Under the pieces are notes generated by a model, which had not been told where the DNA came from, did no database searches, and saw nothing but the letters and a program-made list of their open reading frames with translations. Below are positions 40,395-47,107 of a DNA stretch of 47,107 nucleotides, piece after piece (the stretch's first letter is position 1; each line of letters opens with the position of its first letter). The translations under genes were made by a program, and so were the position numbers. Origin of the DNA: Sphaeroforma arctica JP610 (taxonomy: Eukaryota); assembly GCF_001186125.1 (NCBI RefSeq), contig NW_014040041.1, positions 1 through 47,107 on the forward strand, written 5' to 3'.

Positions 40395-41909
40395 TTAGCT
40401 TTGCAGTATAATAGTGTTTGCAACACCAGACGAGGTTGATGATTGTGCCGTCCATAAGTAGATGATGTACGAATTGACCGCAATGAAGAACACGGTCATA
40501 ATCGTCGATATAACCTTCCATTCGTTGAAAGACCTCGGTACACGTCCACCTTTCGACGTGATGTTGTTCACGAAGTAAATACGTCGCAAATGATAGATTA
40601 TAGTCGCATACGCGATAAGTACGTCACAGAAGGCGATTATCGCAGATGATACATACAAGACCTCATTTCCTGTGGCAATCTGCAACAACCCTACACAGAA
40701 GGTAGCTAAACTACTTGTCCATTGTATATAATTGAGGAAGGTACGCTCGTTCGCCATGAAAGCTTTTCCATCAGTCTTTCCATATTTCCTGCGATTCAAT
40801 CCATGTCGTTTAGCCTTGCGAAAGATATTTCTAGTTTTCCCACTTGACTTCTTCAGCGGTTTCTCATTGCAGTCCACAGACTTTATTTCTACTGTGGCAA
40901 AGTCCTGCGAGGAATCATCTTTCCAATAATCAGAGTATCTGTTGCTATTGCTACCGTTGGTAGGAACATGCAAGCTAGCTGCTGGTGGCGCAAGCATACC
41001 AAGATCACGTAGTGAAATAGCGCGAGTGATATCCGCCGGCTTTGAGGTCAACTGCTCACTCCACGTTTCTACCTCTGTTTTCCACTTAGGTGATGGGTGC
41101 GCATGCATGGGAAAGAACTGTATGCAGCCGTATCCATACTTGCTTAGTTTGATTTTCCTTGCATTGCATTCCATCAGCGCAGTGTGAATCCAATCAGGAC
41201 ATTCAGGTCTACCACCTTCAACCATAGCCACTTTTACCTCAACAACCGTGAAGGGCATCTTCACGCCTCTACCCTGTCCCATGCCATCTGCCGCCGCAAT
41301 TTCAGCCCAGCTTTGTGGTTCAGTGAACAACATTATATCTCTGTCGAGTGTGATGCGCAAGTCTTTGTTCTCTCCGGACATTAAAGAGGTCCTCAAGTAC
41401 TGGGTGCGAATTTTTGGCCTCAAATTCACCATGGCTGCTTGTATGTCTCCGGCTAATTTATCCTTTGATGCATTCAACTCTTCGATCGGTGCACCAACCA
41501 GAAATCTATCCATTTCTTCCTTGGGAAGCTCCAATCTTTTCTTGTTACTGTATTTATGGACTTGCTTGTAGTTATGGTGCCTCTTGCGCTCGATGAAAAG
41601 GTCCTCGACCGGCTTTAGTGACGTTCCATACCAACGTACACGGTATAATTCGGCACCCTCGTTCTTCACTACGCGCTCCTTGAACATATTTAGGTAATCA
41701 TCATCGAAATAACAGCTGTTGTTCATTTGCGAAGTTACTACTTCACCGGAGGGAAGAATGAAAGGGGAAACGGGAAGTTTGGGCTCCACACGGCCGATGA
41801 AAGCCTCCACGCTGTCATTAGGCAGCACATATTTAATACTTTTGCGTACGAACACTTGTTCTTCTTGTTCATTGTGTGGGGTAGACCCCATCTCTATAAT
41901 TGCGGACAT
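40395..41909 (-). CDS. VTC4: VTC4-like polyphosphate polymerase (VTC tunnel domain plus 3-TM DUF202), no SPX domain in the ORF
   Basis: Uninterrupted 504-aa ORF with Vtc4 catalytic motifs FVRKSIKY, NSCYFDD, GAELYRVRWYG, FIERKRH, RTQYLRT, RITLD, VVEVK and KLSKYGYG. These are followed by KAFMANERTFL and three hydrophobic helices typical of the Vtc1/DUF202 membrane domain. Confidence 0.92.
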   Translation of the reverse strand: MSAIIEMGSTPHNEQEEQVFVRKSIKYVLPNDSVEAFIGRVEPKLPVSPFILPSGEVVTSQMNNSCYFDDDYLNMFKERVVKNEGAELYRVRWYGTSLKPVEDLFIERKRHHNYKQVHKYSNKKRLELPKEEMDRFLVGAPIEELNASKDKLAGDIQAAMVNLRPKIRTQYLRTSLMSGENKDLRITLDRDIMLFTEPQSWAEIAAADGMGQGRGVKMPFTVVEVKVAMVEGGRPECPDWIHTALMECNARKIKLSKYGYGCIQFFPMHAHPSPKWKTEVETWSEQLTSKPADITRAISLRDLGMLAPPAASLHVPTNGSNSNRYSDYWKDDSSQDFATVEIKSVDCNEKPLKKSSGKTRNIFRKAKRHGLNRRKYGKTDGKAFMANERTFLNYIQWTSSLATFCVGLLQIATGNEVLYVSSAIIAFCDVLIAYATIIYHLRRIYFVNNITSKGGRVPRSFNEWKVISTIMTVFFIAVNSYIIYLWTAQSSTSSGVANTIILQS

Positions 41910-43263
41910 ATTTACCTGTGTATGCCCAGTATTGGTTCTTTGTCAGTACGTTCGAAATTGGAAGTTAGAACGATATTGTGTGTTTTAAAAAAATAATGAA
42001 CAATGTGAAGCATCTTGTTGCCGTTTTATACGGAAATAAACAATCTAGAATGGGCAGAATTTGTCTAGAAAGAGAAATAGGCATCTGCTATTTGTTGCCG
42101 AGCGATATGGTCAGTCCACCTACAAGAGGTCGTCATTGGACTTTAATTCTTTGAGACGAGACTGCCCCAGTTTTATCTTTTTTTTTATGGGACATGCCCT
42201 CCCCCATGGCCTCTGGGGGCCGGAGTCCCGGACTCATTTGTTTTAATAAAAAAGAACACTTCTCAATCGACAATTCAAGTTCCAACAGGATATTTCAATT
42301 TTTGAATACAGATTTCGGCGTTTGGAACGAGTACATTCCTATTGTCCTTGAAAGCCTTCTCTCAGTCTCTCTCTCTCTCTAGCTAGAGCCTCTTATGCTG
42401 TTTCGAAGGCTATGTCGAAACAGCAAATTCAAGTATTCAACACGGAAAACGGAATGTGACATCTGACATGTCACTAAATGATGATGGTCTCATGGCCATC
42501 TTTATTCTTTACTCATTTTAGCCACCTACCCACATGTGAAGTCAGACTTCCGGAGCCTGCCTCCGAACTTGGCGACTGGCAAGTGGCGTAGGGCCACAGG
42601 CCTGGGCTACATAGAGAGCTGCCCACGCTGCCACTTACCAGCCAGGCGCCAGCTCAGGCCTCAGCCTCACAGGAGTCACAGACTCCCAGTTAGTCAGTCA
42701 CAGCTCACAACCCTAAACCCTAAAAACCCTCACACCGTCTCAGCCGGTCAGCCCTCACACTCACAGCTGGTAACAGGGCTGACTGCCTGACTCTGGGCTC
42801 AATGGGCTGCCGGCCACCTGGAAGTTTGGCACCTGGATGCTGAGAGTTGCTGATACAGATATACTAACTCTGAGTCTGCGTCTCCGACTCTCTAGTCTCT
42901 ACTCTAGTTTTCTAAATAGAAATTGGAGTAGTAAAAAAAGGATTTTTCAAATGAAACAAAAAACAAAGAACTTCAGAAGAGGTTAAAAAAAATCAAGGAT
43001 TCAGGGGATCACTCATCACTCATCGCTAAGCAGTTCACAATTCACATGCAACAAGTGAGGGGGATCAATGGATCATATGGAATTTGGGATTTTTCCTAAA
43101 TAAAGGAAAAAATAAAAATTCCCCCACGGCTTCCAGAGACCAGAGAGAAAATTTTACTTTAAATCAATAGAGTGATTGTCTCTAGGGCAATCCCCTGGGC
43201 GTTCTAGTTAAAAAAATGATTGTTCACGAAACCAAAACTCCGAAATAGGAATCTGTGGACATA

Positions 43264-43765
43264 CAGTCGGTCCTCGCAACTTGTCCACCTTTTTGTTGTC
43301 CACTTCGTTAGATGTCCACTATAGCAATATGATTGGTCAGTATTTTCACACAAGGCATTTCCTGCCAAACGAGCGGCCGATAATTAAAATGCAATAAAAC
43401 TAATCAAACCAGAGACAGGGAATGTGAAAGTACTTGAGCTACGCCGAGAATTGCAACGTATGCAACGCGAATATATGACAGGTTAGCACAGACAAATCGA
43501 ACTCAGAGCTGTTAAACCTAAGAACACAACTGAATAAACATCGATTCTATGCGGAATAAAAGTCACACATATTGAAAGAGTGTTTACAAAACGCATCTCG
43601 CTCAAAAGTAGCACTATCAATACTGAGTTAATCATGTACTGTACAGTACATAGTTAATCCACACAAAAACTTGTCGGCCAATCAGAAGGCCCCAACAGAT
43701 GTCCACTTGTTAGATGTTCATATTTTAGGCTCTGACGGACTGGGACATGTAGCGAGGACTGACTG
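43264..43765. mobile_element. Tc1/mariner-superfamily (pogo/Tigger-like) MITE, 502 bp
   Basis: TIRs are CAGTCGGTCCTCGCAACTTGTCC and GGACATGTAGCGAGGACTGACTG, flanked by TA on both sides (43262-43263, 43766-43767). GATGTCCACT/TTGTCCAC subterminal repeats occur near both ends. Confidence 0.85.
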
Positions 43766-44874
43766 TATGAGATATGTAGTGTACCTAAAGTCAAAAACCG
43801 AAAAACGTCTACATAAACTCATTTTTTTTTAAATCCACAAAGTCGAAAATAAACTTTGCTCTCCCGCGTAAAGTAAAGAGGCATGGAGTTCAGGTGTCCA
43901 GCTGTCTCACATACTCTCATTGTGTCGGTCAGCTGTCCGGCTCTGGTACAGGCGTCAACGAGCTTAAAAAATAGGTTGTTGTGTAACCCGGGGGTTTTTT
44001 TTAAAAAGATAGATGAGGACATGAGGGTATTTAGTTGGGGTATTCTTTTATTGCAATTCCTGAGGGTCACACCCGGCATAGAAAGCCTGTGATTCTCTTT
44101 CGAGCTCATAGACATAGATATTTACTAAAACTATTTCACGGACAAATTCTCGTCGAGAGAACTCACATGTACTCGGTCCAAAGCACATTACGAGTGTCTG
44201 ACATTCAACATGGTGGTGTTGTGTGGCGCACAAAACTGCGGAAGTGCGAGGATAAGCTGATAGTTACAGTGTGTTGCGCACAAGTATAAGGTAGTATATA
44301 GCTGGGCGGAAGTATTTTTACAATTGCGTACCGGAGCGTTGTCATCGTTCTTGTACTTCGATATGAACAAAATTTAACCTCGAATGTTATTGGATTGAAG
44401 AAATTTTTGAGTATTGTGTTGACAACATTTTTTACTCTATTTTTGACACCTACCAACTTTTTATGCATCACATGCTTTTCCTTTCGATCGCTAGCTTGGA
44501 TCTGATCAAATGCGCGCGCAACAGCTGACTTATAAATATATAATTGCTCAACTCAGAATTTCAGACTACGTTGGCCACACGTCAACGAAATCACCCTTGT
44601 ACTTTTGACCCGAAAACCCCCAGTTTAACTTTGCAATAGGTTTTTGAGACTGTGGGGGTGCTTTTATTCAACCTGGCATGGAAATGTTTCATCTTCATCT
44701 GAGCAATACTTAGGTCAACCTTTTCTAGACAACTATGATTGACCAGACGTACTAGTGTTTGGACCACTCACCTTCTGCAATATACTTTAACAAAAATCTG
44801 CAGATAATCTGCTGTTTCTATTTTATCAAATACATAGGTAGTTGCTTTACAACAGTGCGTACTTGCAGCCTTGT

Positions 44875-44940
44875 ATTTCTATAGAAAGAGAAGAACGATC
44901 AGAATTAATTTCGATAGAAAGAGAAGAACGATCAGAATGA
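44875..44940. repeat. Direct tandem duplication, ~33 bp x2
   Basis: ATAGAAAGAGAAGAACGATCAGAAT at 44881 and 44914. Confidence 0.85.
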
Positions 44941-45135
44941 ATATTGAAATCATTAATTTGTCTGTGACTGTGGTAAACTATGTGGTAAACTAATACAGGT
45001 CAATCAAAAATGTCGGATGATTATCAAACAAAATGATATTCTGATCGTGAATCTGATGGCGGGGGGGGGGGGGGGGCGGCGAAGGAAACATTGTTGGGAA
45101 GAGAACTGTTCATAATATGGAGTCGCCCAAACTAG

Positions 45136-45564
45136 GTGAACATCCACGGTGCGAAATGCAATACCATAAGCCATAGAGGGAGAAGTCTCGGACTTTGTGA
45201 TGAGAACTGCGATTACCTGATTAATACAAACAGCAAAGCATTATATAGTGAGGTATCTGGAGGCGAGGTTGCTATGGAATGCGTTAAAGCTGAGATGAGG
45301 GGTAAGGAATATATCGGTAGTGATAAGGATATAGATAGAGCTACGGATGTGCGAATGCCGAACATAGAAGGGAGTGCTGCCAATCTAGACGAGGATGGCG
45401 CATGTATGAGCGAACATCACAATAACAAGGGAGGCAACAAGATCACAAGGACTGGCCTGGACGTGAACAAAGTGGAAGATGAGATAAATCACTCAAAAGA
45501 CACTGCCGACGACTCAGAAACTGAAAATAGATCTATTAGAATAGGTCTCCTTATGCACTCGTAG
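45136..45564 (+). other. Possible hypothetical or decayed ORF, acidic and disordered
   Basis: 142-codon open frame with purine-rich, coding-like composition. It has no recognisable domain and no clear ATG start, and a G16 run lies upstream at 45061-45076. Confidence 0.25.
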
Positions 45565-46120
45565 TCGCACATTAGTTTTCTCTAATACCCTAAATAGTAG
45601 CTACTAATATGACAATATGACACGTGTCCACGTATACACGATAAAAACTATGAGACCTTTTACTTCGCACTGGAGACGAGCAGCACCACGGATTGTTGGA
45701 GCCCAAACACAACCCACGTTGTGCAGTCTCACCACTTGTCATTGATGTCACACGTAAATATGCTACAGTATCGCTATATATATTTTTAAATTAAAAAAAG
45801 GTTAATTTGTGTTCTAAATATGGCAATATAACGGTAAATATAACCAAGAGACCTGAAAACAGGTATAACCTTAGTTCGAAGGAACCTAGCCCAACAAGTC
45901 AACAACTGATGAAAACAATCAAAACATAAATATTGTTCCGCGAGATAGATGTATGTAAATATCGACAAAATATTACTGATTCCAGAATCCAGCGCCACAA
46001 CAAATTAGAATTCTGAACGCATTCGGTTGTATTTAGATACATTCACTATATTATTACCAGAGACAGTCTTTCACGGGGAACATTCGCTAAAGGTGTTCTG
46101 TGAGAAATAAATATATCAAC

Positions 46121-46672
46121 ATGTCCGGCACAACGTCACTTGTTGCCTTGGGGAGTCTGTGGATAGGCACGCTCATGTTCCTGGTAGTCCTCAACGAGAT
46201 ATCCAAGCAGATGAACTTAGAACCCATCGATGTGATTCTCGAGCGCACGGGAGAGTCCACGCTGGAACACATTGCCAAATATACAGAAGAATCGAGGCAG
46301 ATGTACCTATACCACTTAACTATAGACAGTCTATTCCCACCCTTGTACGGCTACACTATCTACTCGTCCATCTACTATCTCAAAGGTCATGTACCCACCT
46401 TCGTCACACGGTGTGTGGCATTGGGGTGTCTGGCTGACATAGTTGAGAACTGTTCTCTTCTATATCTTATCAGTCTATTCCCTGAGAGCGACAATGTGGC
46501 CGCTGAGATCTCCATCCCCGCAACTCGGGTCAAGTTTGGGGCGTTGGCTATAGGTCTGGGTGCTGTTTACTGGTACACAGGCGTGCTGATCTATCAGATC
46601 ATTTTTGACCGAGAGTCCATGATTCCACAACCAGCCTCCTCGCAAGCTGGTGCAGAGAAAAAGGACGAGTAG
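46121..46672 (+). CDS. Small intronless multi-pass membrane protein (183 aa), unknown function
   Basis: ATG at 46121 in the context TCAACATG, ~4 hydrophobic segments, and motifs YLYHLTIDSLFPPLYG, LADIVEN and ATRVKF. Composition is coding-like with higher GC than the flanks. Confidence 0.75.
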   Translation: MSGTTSLVALGSLWIGTLMFLVVLNEISKQMNLEPIDVILERTGESTLEHIAKYTEESRQMYLYHLTIDSLFPPLYGYTIYSSIYYLKGHVPTFVTRCVALGCLADIVENCSLLYLISLFPESDNVAAEISIPATRVKFGALAIGLGAVYWYTGVLIYQIIFDRESMIPQPASSQAGAEKKDE

Positions 46673-47071
46673 ATATGGGCATACTACAGTACTACGAATA
46701 CAGGGCGTGTGTAGGAACCTATCGATTGATATATCTTGTACCAATGGAGATGGACTGGCGTACTGTCGGTGTGTGTGAGAGGGTAAGCTTGAGCTCGTGA
46801 AGGGTGGCGAACACGATTATAACGATAAAAAGCATCGGAGTGATATATGATGGCAAGTATTGACAGAAGCGTTGCAAAACTTGCAATTCAAGAGAGACTC
46901 CGATGCAGTGGCTGCTTGAGAAGCGCTGATAAACATACTTAAAATACTACTGCTTCGGGAGTTTGAGACTCTTCTACAAATGAGATGAGTGAATAAACGA
47001 AGCATAAAGATTCCTGAAAATAATCTCACACAGAACTGATACTGATCATGATACATACATGCATACATACA

Positions 47072-47107
<36 letters not shown>

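Noticed and set aside
5631..41909. Functional purine-phosphate gene cluster (PFAS next to VTC)
   Set aside because: The pathways are co-regulated in yeast, but the genes here are 8 kb apart with transposon debris between them. Adjacency alone is not evidence without conserved synteny.
34823..41988. Antisense ORFs overlapping the VTC genes
   Set aside because: They are shadow frames of the real coding strands.
45061..45076. G16 run as a regulatory G-quadruplex
   Set aside because: It is a single homopolymer with uncertain assembled length and no supporting context.

Overview
Eukaryotic nuclear DNA, microsatellite-rich with GT-AG introns and two assembly gaps. The host cannot be determined from the sequence. 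Its style fits an intron-rich unicellular opisthokont such as an ichthyosporean, but that is inference. From left to right: (1) an intronless type-II membrane glycosyltransferase of family GT64 (EXTL-like, 978-2594). (2) A ~21-kb large-type FGAM synthase gene (PFAS/purL/ADE6, 5631-26381). I traced 30 exons by hand; it also has a probable 10-nt micro-exon, and at least one exon is lost in the N-gap at 9983-10012. (3) An atypical tRNA-Gly(GCC) on the minus strand (27038-27108). (4) A transposon-scarred intergenic region containing an internally deleted hAT element with TIRs and an 8-bp TSD (30043-31247). (5) A convergent pair of SPX-less VTC4-like polyphosphate polymerase genes with uninterrupted coding regions: one intact (40395-41909, minus), one with an intact catalytic domain but a disabled membrane domain (34473-35974, plus), plus a decayed tandem copy of the 3' end. 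(6) A pogo/Tigger-like MITE (43264-43765). (7) A small intronless membrane protein of bacterial appearance (46121-46672). The most interesting items are the SPX-less VTC cluster, the non-canonical tRNA-Gly, and the repeated tandem duplication of splice sites inside PFAS introns.
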